Positions 18,556 to 29,135 are shown, counted from the first letter of the stretch. The stretch: 64,000 bases of DNA from Promethearchaeati archaeon SRVP18_Atabeyarchaeia-1 (GCA_037308085.1 CP147779.1:2112001-2176000); one strand, 5' to 3'. Notes: a model not told the origin generated them from the letters alone. Made by a program: numbers and translations.

Positions 18556-21234
18556 GTGAAAAAGGAACTGGCAGGACTGGTTATTGCCGGTGTTTTCGTA
18601 GTAGCCTTCTTGGCGCCGATACCAAGTCTCTATAGCCCTTCGTCACTTCTGGGCTTGTCCAATCCAATGACTGGTGTCTGGGGGAGCATAGACACAGCCA
18701 GATACCCAGAGCACGATACGATAATGATTCCAGGGATGCAGCAAAACGCAACTGTCCTAATCGACAATTACGGAGTTCCGCACATATTCACACAATCGGA
18801 GAAGGACTTGGCATATGTCATGGGGTACCTGCACGCGCACGACAGGCTCTTCCAGATGGATATCCAGAGGAGATTGGTTGAAGGCAGGCTTTCTGAGGTA
18901 CTCGGCTCGATCACGTACGACATCGACGCTCTCTACAGGACTCTGGGACTCTACAGGGGCGCTGAAAAGATCATAGATGTCTTAGAGAACATTTCTCGAG
19001 GGATACCAGTCACCTATTACCCACAGATGGACGTTTCGCTTATTAGGAGCGACGCCGCGAAAGTCCTTGGCCTTGCCCAAGCGTACTGCGTGGGAGTGAA
19101 CTATGCGATCCAATGGATGGAAAGTAGAGGCGCTCTGCCGATCGAGTTCAAGCTGCTGAAGTATTCGCCAGAGCTTTGGACAGTGCAGAACATCTTTGAA
19201 ATGGATAGGCTAATGACCTGGGGCCTCACTGGCGGATTCTATGATCTTAGCTTGTACATGATCCAGCAGGGTCTCGTTGGAAGATATGGAGTGCTAAATG
19301 GAACGAAGTACCTCCTTGAGTACTTCCCGATCGATAGGAAGATTGACCACTTCATAGTCCCAGATGGCGTGAATTGCTCATACAGTGTAAGTCCGAGTGA
19401 CCCTCCAGCTGCTCTGAGTTCTGCAGCATTATCGGCCAATGTTGACTTCAAGGGTCTAAGTGAGATTATCGCTTGGGCTAGAAGCGCGGATCCGATGATG
19501 GCGCCGATAAAATCCATGATTGGATCGAATGACTGGGTCGTTGGCGGCAACCTAACCAACACTGGGAAACCAATCTTGTGCGATGATCCGCACCTGGGAT
19601 TGTCAAGCCCTCCAGTCTGGTACGAGATTCAGTACGTCACGCAGTCACCTGACATCGGTACTATCAACGCAAGAGGCGTCTCATTGCCGGGCATCGGATT
19701 CATAGTTATTGGTTCAAACCAGTACGTCGGATGGGGGTTCACCAACGTGATGGCTGACCACATTGACTTCTACGGCTACAACTGGAACGGTGCAGGCCAA
19801 TACCTGTACAAGGGCGTTTGGAGAGACGTTGAACAGGCCCCGATGCAGATTCTCGTAAAGACTGATGGCGGAGTTGTAAGTCGCACATTCCTGCTGAACT
19901 TCACCGTTCATGGACCCGTTGTTGAGCAGGGAGGGCAGAAGTTCGCGATGTGCTGGATGGGTGAGAGATACGGCTCGACAGAAGGCATCGCGATGATGAA
20001 GTACATCCACTCAAAGAATGCGCATGACTTCTTGAAGGCAACCTACTACTTCCAGATGCCTCCACAGAACCATGTCTTCGCGGACATATACGGCGACTTC
20101 GGTTGGCGTGCAGTCGGATGGTACCCGAATAGGACCCACCCTAACGGCTTGATGGCGATTAACGCGTCTAACCCCATGACGGCATTGACGAACAGGCTAC
20201 CTCTCAATGGAAGCGCCGCCGACGTAGTAGAGTGGAACGTAAGTCACTGGATTGACGCAAACCAAGCGCCTACCCTATGGGACCCGACTCAGGGCTACGT
20301 CGTTACCGCGAACAATAGACCCGTCAATAGCTCGTACCCGCTAATCTACGACATTGCCTGGGGGTTCGCAGACTATTACAGGTCATACAGAATAGACCAG
20401 CTCATTAACCAGACGGTAAAGAATAAGGGAAGCGTTTCGGTCGATGACATGAAGAAAATCCAGAACGATGTCCTTCTCGTGCCTGCATCGACTCTAGTTC
20501 CCAAGATACTTGATGCGTATTCAGGCGGTGCCAGCGGAGACATTCAAACTGCGCTCAACTACCTCAGCACTTGGAACTACACGATGCTTCCTGATCTCGT
20601 TGCTCCAACGATCTTCGCCGAGTGGCTTCCGATCTTCAAGGACATGACCTTCGCCGACGAGTTTATAGACATAAACCAGACGGTTCCTGGCTTCTTCATC
20701 ACTAGAAGCGACCTCGACAACATTGTAGACTCGCTCCCTACAAGCAGCATAGAAGCGCTCACGCTATTTGATCCCAACAACCACTGGTTCAACAATGCGC
20801 TAACACACTCGACGCAGAATTCTACATTAGTCATACGCGCCAGCTTAGACAAGACCATTCAAGTCATGAAAGGCAAATACGGGAACGACATGAGCCAATG
20901 GAAATTCTCAACCAAACACACGCTGCAGATCAAGCACCAACTGCTGAGCATGTTCGACTACCCGTACTGGAGCGCTCGAGGTTGGAGTGACTGTGTGGAC
21001 AATATAGCGAGCACTGGTGCACACGGACCGTCTTGGAGAGAGATACTAAACTACGCGAATCTCAACCAGAGCTTCTGCGTACTCCCAGGTGGCCAGTCAG
21101 GCAGCCCCTTCAGCCTGCATTACTATGACCAGCTCCATATGTGGGTCAATGGGCAATACAAGCCGATGGCCTTCCCGGCGACTCGTGATGGCGTGGCGAA
21201 CGTGGAAAGCGTACTCGACTTCGTTGCGAGGTGA
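18556..21234 (+). CDS. Penicillin acylase family Ntn-hydrolase (secreted)
   Basis: D.YGVPHI, GY.HA.DRLFQMD.RR, beta-chain start GSNDWVV, DPHL, TANN, PGGQSG.P.S.HY.DQ. Confidence 0.95.
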   Translation: MKKELAGLVIAGVFVVAFLAPIPSLYSPSSLLGLSNPMTGVWGSIDTARYPEHDTIMIPGMQQNATVLIDNYGVPHIFTQSEKDLAYVMGYLHAHDRLFQMDIQRRLVEGRLSEVLGSITYDIDALYRTLGLYRGAEKIIDVLENISRGIPVTYYPQMDVSLIRSDAAKVLGLAQAYCVGVNYAIQWMESRGALPIEFKLLKYSPELWTVQNIFEMDRLMTWGLTGGFYDLSLYMIQQGLVGRYGVLNGTKYLLEYFPIDRKIDHFIVPDGVNCSYSVSPSDPPAALSSAALSANVDFKGLSEIIAWARSADPMMAPIKSMIGSNDWVVGGNLTNTGKPILCDDPHLGLSSPPVWYEIQYVTQSPDIGTINARGVSLPGIGFIVIGSNQYVGWGFTNVMADHIDFYGYNWNGAGQYLYKGVWRDVEQAPMQILVKTDGGVVSRTFLLNFTVHGPVVEQGGQKFAMCWMGERYGSTEGIAMMKYIHSKNAHDFLKATYYFQMPPQNHVFADIYGDFGWRAVGWYPNRTHPNGLMAINASNPMTALTNRLPLNGSAADVVEWNVSHWIDANQAPTLWDPTQGYVVTANNRPVNSSYPLIYDIAWGFADYYRSYRIDQLINQTVKNKGSVSVDDMKKIQNDVLLVPASTLVPKILDAYSGGASGDIQTALNYLSTWNYTMLPDLVAPTIFAEWLPIFKDMTFADEFIDINQTVPGFFITRSDLDNIVDSLPTSSIEALTLFDPNNHWFNNALTHSTQNSTLVIRASLDKTIQVMKGKYGNDMSQWKFSTKHTLQIKHQLLSMFDYPYWSARGWSDCVDNIASTGAHGPSWREILNYANLNQSFCVLPGGQSGSPFSLHYYDQLHMWVNGQYKPMAFPATRDGVANVESVLDFVAR

Positions 21235-21238
21235 TCAA

Positions 21239-21607
21239 GTGAAAATCGAACAGCTTAATCTCCCGCCATGCTTACTAATAACTTTCCTCGGGGCGACGCT
21301 GGTTCAGGCAACAATGATATGGCAATTGATAGTGGTTGCTGGCGTCGTCGGTGGAATGCTAGCGAAAGACTTCAAAACCGCCATTCTGTCAGGGGTTCTA
21401 GGATTCATTTCAACTTGGTTGTTGTTTCTTGGGCTCATTGATTTATCAGCGCCCGGCAGTTTTGGGTTGGCTTTCTCTTTCTTCTCAATGTTCTTCGTCA
21501 TCGGGGTCGTCCTCATAGCAATCTTTGGGGCCGCAAGTGCGTCGTTAGGCTACTTCTTGATGAGAGTAATAGGTGAAGCGAGGTCGACGAACAAGAGGAA
21601 AAGGTGA
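21239..21607 (+). CDS. Small membrane protein
   Basis: GTG start 4 bp after the acylase stop; about 4 TM and a basic C-terminus. Confidence 0.7.
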   Translation: MKIEQLNLPPCLLITFLGATLVQATMIWQLIVVAGVVGGMLAKDFKTAILSGVLGFISTWLLFLGLIDLSAPGSFGLAFSFFSMFFVIGVVLIAIFGAASASLGYFLMRVIGEARSTNKRKR

Positions 21608-21705
21608 AACACGACCTCCCTCTCTTTTGTTAATGAGGCGTTACCGAGTCGTGTTCGCATCTTCACCACGGAACCCTTACTGGCAAAGGCTGGCAGCATC
21701 CGTCA

Positions 21706-22551
21706 CTATATCGCGCTGATCCCGAGTAATATCGAAGCAGTAACAGCAATCGATATTATGGCAATGGTCTCCAGAAGAGTCACTTTCCAGTGAACCTTTG
21801 TTATCCTGGAGCGATAGCGGACCAAGAAAATGCCCACCACAGCTCCGACTATGCAAAGGGATGCAAAGAGACGGTAAGGATCCGGCAGCGTCAAATAAAC
21901 GACTATGGGCATGAAGCCAGCAACAAAGGTCGTCGTGCCGCACAGTACGGCTGCCAGAAGGTTCGAACGGCTTATCTCCTTGTGTAAGAGATCAAATAGC
22001 TCTTTGACCAACCTGAGCGACCGATCCCGCTTGTCAATGTCAGGAATTCCGTGCAGGCTATAGTTAACCAGATTTCGTAGAGTTATCATATCAGCTATGT
22101 CCTCGGTTATTCCGCCAAGCAGAAAGCTGGAAAAGTTCGTTATAGCAACAGAGGCGAGAGTCAGAAATGCAGCAAAAACAGCAACACCGGTATGTAGGTT
22201 TGCGATGAAAGCAGATAGAATAACAACCAGCCCTGTAATTGAGCCATCAGTCAGACCTGCAACGACTTCTATGATGGGTTGCTTCTTTAATAGAAGGCTT
22301 CGCCAGTCACTACCCAGCTTGGCGCCCTTTTCGGTCAGCCTACTAATTCCGTCATGGTGGCGGATTAATCCCTCATGTTCCATGGAATCAAGAGCCCTGT
22401 CGACATCCCTCGTCTCAACACACACGTGATTCGCGCAGATTCTGTCGACTCTCTGCTTCAGCTGGGTTGTCTGGATCTTCTCATCCTTGCCTATGTTAAT
22501 CAACGTTATTATCTTGATGACATCTATCAGATCACGGATCGCAATCGACAT
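21706..22551 (-). CDS. VIT1/CCC1-like membrane protein with N-terminal winged-helix domain
   Basis: N-terminus has L..MEHEGLI......RLTEKG (wHTH wing); C-terminus has EVVAGLTDG.ITGL and 5 TM (VIT1-like). Confidence 0.75.
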   Translation of the reverse strand: MSIAIRDLIDVIKIITLINIGKDEKIQTTQLKQRVDRICANHVCVETRDVDRALDSMEHEGLIRHHDGISRLTEKGAKLGSDWRSLLLKKQPIIEVVAGLTDGSITGLVVILSAFIANLHTGVAVFAAFLTLASVAITNFSSFLLGGITEDIADMITLRNLVNYSLHGIPDIDKRDRSLRLVKELFDLLHKEISRSNLLAAVLCGTTTFVAGFMPIVVYLTLPDPYRLFASLCIVGAVVGIFLVRYRSRITKVHWKVTLLETIAIISIAVTASILLGISAI

Positions 22552-22654
22552 GACAGAGCGGCACCTATTTAGCTCACACAGACAGATCGGGACTAATAAA
22601 TATTGTCAACCAGAATGTGATTTCTCGGTTTCTGAAAGCGCTCTTTCTCGAGAG

Positions 22655-23065
22655 TCATTTCTTAAAGTATTCCCTCAGCGGTTTCCAATAGAAATCCGTC
22701 CAACCCTGCTTGTAGTCATCAGCCTGCTCCGCTGGGACATTCGAATGAACCATCGAGAGTTGCGTTCCGCCCTTGACTTTCTTGAGGGTCAGCTCTAGCT
22801 TCGAAGCCGGATACCCCTCTGGCCATTCAGTAGTCATCCACTCCTGCACTATCCGCTTTCCCGTCTCCAACACCAAGTTCTTTCCAAATATGTATCCATC
22901 CCAAGCAGTGAACTCTCCTCCAACCTTGCCGCTACCGGTCGCCTTGCTACCAGTGAATGCGCTGTGCTTCTTGGGATCCACGTAAGCGTCGTAGATCTCT
23001 TCAGGTTCCGCTGGAATAATCACCTCATCACGTATTGTCGTCAACTCCAAGCCTAAACCCTCCAT
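22655..23065 (-). CDS. SRPBCC / AHA1-like domain protein
   Basis: PEEIY.A..D...HSAFTG, GGEFTAWDGYI.G, RIVQ.W, GW..FYW.PL. Confidence 0.9.
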   Translation of the reverse strand: MEGLGLELTTIRDEVIIPAEPEEIYDAYVDPKKHSAFTGSKATGSGKVGGEFTAWDGYIFGKNLVLETGKRIVQEWMTTEWPEGYPASKLELTLKKVKGGTQLSMVHSNVPAEQADDYKQGWTDFYWKPLREYFKK

Positions 23066-23114
23066 TCAACGGGGATATATGTCCAGTACCTTTCTTTTCT
23101 TCTCTAGACTAACT

Positions 23115-23847
23115 GGATCTGTTACCTCTGCGGTTGGTGAGTTTAAATGGGATTTTTGGCTTATTTAGTTTTATGCAGGCAGTTAAAGCGGTGCAGGTAC
23201 CATACGAGCCTACAAGTGGTGTTCTCAGCCTCCTTGAAACCTTCAGAACCATGGTTAACCACTGCATCCGCGTCGGCCTGGAGAGGAATGCAACTTCCAG
23301 GCTCAGGCTGCAGAGCGAGACGTACCACCAGCTAAGCGGCTTCGGTCTCCACACCTGGTAAAGCCTCTCAGCCATCGAGGCTGCCACCGCCATCCTGAAG
23401 AACTACCGGAAAGCGAAAAGAAGGCGGCAGAACATTCGAGTGCCGAGGGCCAAGAAACTCACGGCCAAACTGGGAAACCAAGGCTAAAAAGTCGTTGATG
23501 GCAGACTGGGAATTCCGATCAAGCCCAGAGAGTACTTCTACGTTCCCCTGCATAAGAGGGCTGCGCAGTTCCTATCGGATGCCGCGCCCAAGTTGGGCTC
23601 AGTGACCTTGACTGCCTGCACGGTTTCAGTGGTTTTCTCAAAGACCCGAAAGCAAGAACCCTGGAATGCTGCGGGATAGGCCGCCACGTAAATGCCTGCT
23701 TGAACATGCTGAAAGCCCAAGATGAAAGCCTGCGGTTCAGGCTGGATCGCTCCGCACATGTAGCCGTGATTAGTCCCCTAAGCAAGGCTATGAGCCAAAG
23801 CGGAGAAGTTAACCAAACCGGTTATCAACCGCAGAGGTAACAGAACC
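23115..23847 (+). mobile_element. tnpB: Non-autonomous TIR element carrying an internally deleted tnpB pseudogene (copy A)
   Basis: Ends GGATCTGTTACCTCTGCGGTTG...CAACCGCAGAGGTAACAGAACC (19-bp perfect core inverted repeat). tnpB starts at ATG 23173, has stops at 23359 and 23485, and has a 559-bp deletion relative to copy B at an AAGACC microhomology (23641-23646). Confidence 0.9.
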
Positions 23848-24062
23848 TCAAAGCCATTCGAGTTAGCCTAAGGTTTTGGTAGAGATCGCTGGAGATCTAC
23901 CTGATATTAATGGCTGGTGGGAGGCTAGTAGAGAACCAACTGAGAGGAACAGGCAGGTCTGAGGCGGGAGATTGATTGCAGGTGGTACAACAGGATCGGT
24001 ACCCTCATCGTCCCCGACCCAACTCTAAGTGGGAACATGGGAAGGAGAGATATCAATGGTTC

Positions 24063-25235
24063 TCAGAGTTCAGACTCTGGGAACTGTATTCGCTGGAAGT
24101 ACTTCTTCATGTGCTCCCTATCCAGTTCGAATTCCTTTGTCTTGATGAATTGCCTTTCAAGGTGCTCGAGTGCCAAGTGGAAGGCTTCGTCCAAGTTGTA
24201 GCTGTCGCTTGCGCTATAGAAGTTGCCGTTCTTCGCCCTGAGCTGAAGCTTGACGTGGATGAGTTGATCGCCTTTGTGGGTCTTCCCATGCGTCTTGATG
24301 TACACGAAGAGAGTCCCGGATTCGAGTAGAGGCTGGTATCTCTCTGAGAAGGTCTTGAAGTCCCTCACCAAGTACTCCCTTTGGAAGTCATCCAGCTGAA
24401 CTTCCTTTGCAGCGAATTGCACGTTGACCGTTTTTTCCGCCATTTCCCTCTGCGCGAGCGGTTCAAGAAAGTCCCGTTTCGTAACAATTCCAATCGGATA
24501 GTCATCAACTACGACAACCAGCGAGTGCACATTGTTCTTGTGCATGAGTTGCTCTGCGTCCTTCAAGGTTGCCTGGGGGGACACTGTGATTACGGGGGAA
24601 GACATTATCTCCTTTGCTGATCCGCCTAGGGTCTTAGACCGTTCAGCGCTGACACCGCTCTTCCTCGGGCGCTCCAAAGGCTTAAAGATATGCTCAATAA
24701 AGTCCGCGACACTTACCATCCCAACGAGTCTTCCTTTGTTCATCACGAGTGCATGTGAGATGTCATGATCCCTGAAGAGCGTCAAGATGGATGCGACAGA
24801 GTCATCCTCATCGACGAAATAGGGCTTCCTAGTCATTATATACTGGACGTCACTGTTGCCCCATTCGTCCATGACGGCAGAGTGAATAACCTGCTCATCA
24901 CTAACGAATCCCAAGAGCTTCTCGCCCTTGAAAACCGGAAGTTGCCTTATGTTACTCTCGATCATCATCTTCGCTGCTTTGCTTATAGGGTCTCGAGGCT
25001 CAAGAGTCGGGGCTGACCGCATGAGTACCTGAACCTTCGCCGTCGAGAGGTCAAGCCCAGACCTTCTTACCCAGCGCTCAGCCAGTACGCCCTTATACTT
25101 CCCTTCCTTGTCTAGGACGGCAAGTACTGGTGACTTTTCCTTCTCTAGAAGCTCGAGACACTTTGAAAGCATATCATTCTCATGGACGCTTGCGTAGGTC
25201 TTCGAATATATCTCTTCAACTGTCTTTGGCGCCAT
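24063..25235 (-). CDS. Four-CBS-domain protein with C-terminal HPF/RaiA-like domain (putative ribosome hibernation factor)
   Basis: Two CBS pairs (IRQLPV, IMTR.P, IMSSPVITV); the C-terminal ...DSYNLDEAFHLALEHLERQF resembles the HPF/RaiA terminal helix. Confidence 0.8.
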   Translation of the reverse strand: MAPKTVEEIYSKTYASVHENDMLSKCLELLEKEKSPVLAVLDKEGKYKGVLAERWVRRSGLDLSTAKVQVLMRSAPTLEPRDPISKAAKMMIESNIRQLPVFKGEKLLGFVSDEQVIHSAVMDEWGNSDVQYIMTRKPYFVDEDDSVASILTLFRDHDISHALVMNKGRLVGMVSVADFIEHIFKPLERPRKSGVSAERSKTLGGSAKEIMSSPVITVSPQATLKDAEQLMHKNNVHSLVVVVDDYPIGIVTKRDFLEPLAQREMAEKTVNVQFAAKEVQLDDFQREYLVRDFKTFSERYQPLLESGTLFVYIKTHGKTHKGDQLIHVKLQLRAKNGNFYSASDSYNLDEAFHLALEHLERQFIKTKEFELDREHMKKYFQRIQFPESEL

Positions 25236-25372
25236 TGTTCCATCTCCTTTCCTCCTCCATACTCACGATCTGATTTAAGGATTTTCATCAAGCCGTATGC
25301 ACATGACAGTACGGGCAGAAAGTCTTTATCCCAAACGAACTATTCAATACTTGGCTTGAGGAGGCACCGCAG

Positions 25373-26509
25373 ATGAGCTCCCAGATCGCTGAGTCAATCG
25401 TCAATACGCTGAGAGCAGCTAACATAAGCTTCTTCGCCATGTTTCCATGCGAAAAAGTGAGGCGCCTATATGACCTAGTAGGAAAGCAGTTCAGGCATGT
25501 TGCGGTCTCCAGAGAGGAGGAAGGGGTTGGGATGTGTGCTGGCGCGTATCTCGCTGGCGCGAAACCAGCCATGCTTGTCCAGAGTTCTGGCATAGGCAAC
25601 ATGATTAATGCCCTCTGCTCCCTGACGATGGTCTACAAGTTGCCCCTCTTGATCCTGGTCAGCTGGAGAGGAGTCTACAAGGAGAGAATACCAGCCCAGA
25701 TTCCGCTGGGAAGAAGCCTCCCAAAGCTTCTAGAGGCGTTGGGCATCAAGTACACTGCTGTAAGAAGGAAGGGGGACATCGCCCCGATATCAAAGTCTGT
25801 TGCCGAAACCTATTCGAGAAGCAGGATCCATGCGCTCCTACTCAGCCCCTCAATATGGGAAGAGGAGGCCAGCGCCTCTCAGAGCGTAGCCGACACAGAG
25901 ACTCATCCAGACTTTAAGCGTTCAAAGCCCGATGGAAATGATACTACTTATGGTGCGCTTACCCGATTCGAGGTGCTCAAGACTATCGCACCTTACCTCG
26001 AGAACAAAGTAGTAGTCTGCAACCTCGGCATCCCAAGCAAGGAACTCTACTCGATAAAACATCAGAAATCCAATTTCTACATGCTTGGAAGCATGGGACT
26101 AGCATCATCAATAGGACTCGGAATCTCGTTGTTCACATCAAAACAGGTTGTCGTCATCGAGGGAGATGGAAGCCTACTAATGAACTTGGGTGCGCTCTCG
26201 ACAATAGCGACTGCTCGGCCGCCGAATCTAACAATTCTCGCGATAGATAACGGCGTACATGGATCGACCGGGAACCAGCCAACCGCTACAAGCCTTTGCG
26301 TCGATCTGGAAGTCGCTGCCAAGGGGCTTGGCATAGAGAAGACTTCAAAGGCTGCAAGTCGGGAGCAAATACTCTCGGCAATTCAGAGCCTAGATGAAGG
26401 ACCAAACTTTGTGCATATACTTGCCAGACCCGGGAACTCCAATGTAAGTGATATCCCGCTCTCTCCCCTCGATATAAAGAAGAACATAATGGAATCGTTG
26501 AGGAGATAG
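25373..26509 (+). CDS. comDE: Sulfopyruvate decarboxylase, fused alpha/beta (ComDE)
   Basis: REEEGVG.CAGAYLAG.KP.ML.QSSG.GN, NFYMLGSMGLASSIGLG, GDGS...N TPP motif, GSTGNQPT. Confidence 0.9.
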   Translation: MSSQIAESIVNTLRAANISFFAMFPCEKVRRLYDLVGKQFRHVAVSREEEGVGMCAGAYLAGAKPAMLVQSSGIGNMINALCSLTMVYKLPLLILVSWRGVYKERIPAQIPLGRSLPKLLEALGIKYTAVRRKGDIAPISKSVAETYSRSRIHALLLSPSIWEEEASASQSVADTETHPDFKRSKPDGNDTTYGALTRFEVLKTIAPYLENKVVVCNLGIPSKELYSIKHQKSNFYMLGSMGLASSIGLGISLFTSKQVVVIEGDGSLLMNLGALSTIATARPPNLTILAIDNGVHGSTGNQPTATSLCVDLEVAAKGLGIEKTSKAASREQILSAIQSLDEGPNFVHILARPGNSNVSDIPLSPLDIKKNIMESLRR

Positions 26510-26549
26510 GGTCCTGGACTCCTTGGGAAGCGCAAAAACAGAGACATAA

Positions 26550-29135
26550 TCACGCTCGTGCCGAATGAAAAGGTTTCGATACTGACGTCTGCTCCATCCT
26601 GTACGCATACCGCTTGTAGAACAATCTCTTCACGAGTTCAACTATCGCGAGGTAGCTGACGATCATAATTGCGAGAAAAACGAAGAACGCCTTGGGTAGC
26701 ACCACGAAGTGGAACAGTTCATCGCCGACACCTGTGAATGGAAGCAAGATAGCGAATGTCACGATACCAATGCTGCTAGCGGCAAGCGCCTTGCTGGGTC
26801 GACTCCGATAGAACGGCGTCTTCCTCGTCCTTATGACGAAGATGACGAGCGTCTGCGTGGAAATGGATTCAACGAACCAGGCTGTCTGGAACAAGAACTC
26901 ATTCTGTGAAGCGTTGAACACGAATAGCATGATGAAGAAAGTTAGAAAATCAAAGATGGAACTTATGGGGCCCAGGAATATCATGAATTTCCTCACTCCT
27001 GCAACATCTAGCCTCTTCGGAGACTCAAGGTACTCTTTGTCAACATTGTCAGTTGGAATAGTCGTCTCAGACACATCGTAGAGGAGGTTATTCAGAAGTA
27101 TTTGCGTTGCCGTCATTGGCAGAAATGGCAGGAATATCGATCCACCTGCGACGCTGAACATGTTGCCGAAATTGGAGCTCGTACCCATCCTGATGTATTT
27201 CATCGTATTTCCGAAGGTCTTCCGACCTTCAAGCACACCTTCATGAAGAACCATGAGGCTCTTATTGAGCAGGATTATGTCAGCGGACTCCTTTGCCACA
27301 TCGACCGCGTTATTGACGGATATGCTTACATCAGCTGTCTTGAGCGACGGCGCATCGTTTATTCCATCTCCGAGAAACCCGACCACATGCCCATGAGATT
27401 TAAGTGCGTTCATTATTCTGTCTTTCTGAGCAGGGGTGACCCTAGCGAAGATATTTACCCGGTCAGCGACTCTTCCGAGAGCGTCGTCGTTAAGCTCATA
27501 GATCTCGCTGCCGGTGACAACACCCTTTATCTTGAAACCCAGCTCCTCGCACACTTTCCTGGTGACCAACTCGTTGTCGCCTGTTAGGATTTTGACTTCC
27601 ACGCCAGCCTTAGCTAGTTGCCGCAGGGCTTTCTTGGCAGTGTGTTTTGGTGGGTCCAGGAACCCGATCATCCCCATGAGCGTCATGTCACGCTCATCGC
27701 CCACAGAGCATGTCTTTTCCTCTTTCATATTCTTGTAAGAGACTCCGAGTACCCTGAATCCTTGTGCGCTCAGGCGGCTGTACTGCTTCTCAATCTTCTG
27801 ATGCAGCTCTGGTGTCAAGTCTAAAATCTTGCCTTTGACTTCAACCTTCGTACAGATTTTGAGAACATCCTCAGGAGCGCCCTTCGTTATGAGAAGTTGA
27901 TCCTCTGCCTTCTCAACGACAACCGAGACACGTCTTCTCGTGAAATCGAATGGGACTTCATCTATCTTTCTGTACGCAGTAACGTCAACCTCCTTGGCGT
28001 GCTTGAGCAGCGCATCGTCGAGAGGGTTCTTCACCCACGACTCGAAGTAGCTGTTCAGGTACGAGTAGGTGAGGACCCTGTAGTCATCCTCACCATCGGT
28101 GTTGACATGGAGAACCAGTGAGATCTCGTTCTCCGTGAGTGTCCCTGTCTTGTCAGTACACAAGACATCCATGCTACCTAGATTCTGTATTGACGCCAAA
28201 CGCTTCACGATAACGCCTCTATGCGACATCGAAAGAGCGCCCTTTGAGAGGTTTATGGAGACGATCATAGGCAAGAGCTCAGGGGTCAAGCCAACGGCGA
28301 GGGCTACTGAGAAAAGAAATGAATCAAGTATTCTACCCTTAAGTAGCGCATTCATGAAGAAGACGAAGATCACAAGAAGAAAGGTGACCTCCATCATCAA
28401 GTAGCCGAATCTTCTAAGGCCCCGCTCAAACTCGGTCTCAGGCTCTCTCGCGACGAGCGTCTTCGCGATTCTGCCATACTCGGTCTCCCCCCCAGTATTA
28501 ACGGCCACAGCCACTGCCGTCCCGCCCGTCACGGATGTTCCCATAAAGAGGAAGTTATTCCAATCAGTTATCATTCTACTCTTGGCCTTTATCGGTTTGT
28601 CTATTTTCTCTACGGGGAAGGATTCTCCTGTCAGCGCAGACTGGTCAACAAAAAGGTCCTTCTCGTTGAGAATTCTTGCATCGGCCGGAACTATGTCACC
28701 TGCTGACAGATGTACCACGTCGCCGGGCACTATCTCGGATAGCTTCACCTCCTCCTTGACGCCGCTACGCACGACTGTCGCGGTTGTGGTCACTTTCTCC
28801 TTCAAACTGTCGGCTGCCTTGACGGCCTTGGATTCCTGGTAAGTGTCGAGAGCCGCACTGGCAAACACGATCCCCAGTATAATGGTGGCATCAATAAGGT
28901 CACCCAGATAAATCGATAAGAAGGAGGCAAAAATTAGTATCACGAGGAGAGGACTTCTGAAGCGAAGAGCGAACTTTACTGCCCCAGTCCTCCTCTTTCT
29001 TCTTGCAAGCTCATTGTAACCGAACTTCTCTATGCGCCTGCTTACTTCGTCATGTGTGAGACCTGAAATGGACGTGTCCAGACGTCCGAGAACCTTCTCG
29101 CCAGTCAGACCCAAGAATTCCTCCGCACTGGCCAT
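26550..29135 (-). CDS. mgtA: Magnesium-translocating P-type ATPase
   Basis: LTGES, GLTPELLP, DKTGTLT, DEVPFDF.RRR, GDGINDAP, SSNFGN.FS, FQT.WF.ES. Confidence 0.95.
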   Translation of the reverse strand: MASAEEFLGLTGEKVLGRLDTSISGLTHDEVSRRIEKFGYNELARRKRRTGAVKFALRFRSPLLVILIFASFLSIYLGDLIDATIILGIVFASAALDTYQESKAVKAADSLKEKVTTTATVVRSGVKEEVKLSEIVPGDVVHLSAGDIVPADARILNEKDLFVDQSALTGESFPVEKIDKPIKAKSRMITDWNNFLFMGTSVTGGTAVAVAVNTGGETEYGRIAKTLVAREPETEFERGLRRFGYLMMEVTFLLVIFVFFMNALLKGRILDSFLFSVALAVGLTPELLPMIVSINLSKGALSMSHRGVIVKRLASIQNLGSMDVLCTDKTGTLTENEISLVLHVNTDGEDDYRVLTYSYLNSYFESWVKNPLDDALLKHAKEVDVTAYRKIDEVPFDFTRRRVSVVVEKAEDQLLITKGAPEDVLKICTKVEVKGKILDLTPELHQKIEKQYSRLSAQGFRVLGVSYKNMKEEKTCSVGDERDMTLMGMIGFLDPPKHTAKKALRQLAKAGVEVKILTGDNELVTRKVCEELGFKIKGVVTGSEIYELNDDALGRVADRVNIFARVTPAQKDRIMNALKSHGHVVGFLGDGINDAPSLKTADVSISVNNAVDVAKESADIILLNKSLMVLHEGVLEGRKTFGNTMKYIRMGTSSNFGNMFSVAGGSIFLPFLPMTATQILLNNLLYDVSETTIPTDNVDKEYLESPKRLDVAGVRKFMIFLGPISSIFDFLTFFIMLFVFNASQNEFLFQTAWFVESISTQTLVIFVIRTRKTPFYRSRPSKALAASSIGIVTFAILLPFTGVGDELFHFVVLPKAFFVFLAIMIVSYLAIVELVKRLFYKRYAYRMEQTSVSKPFHSARA

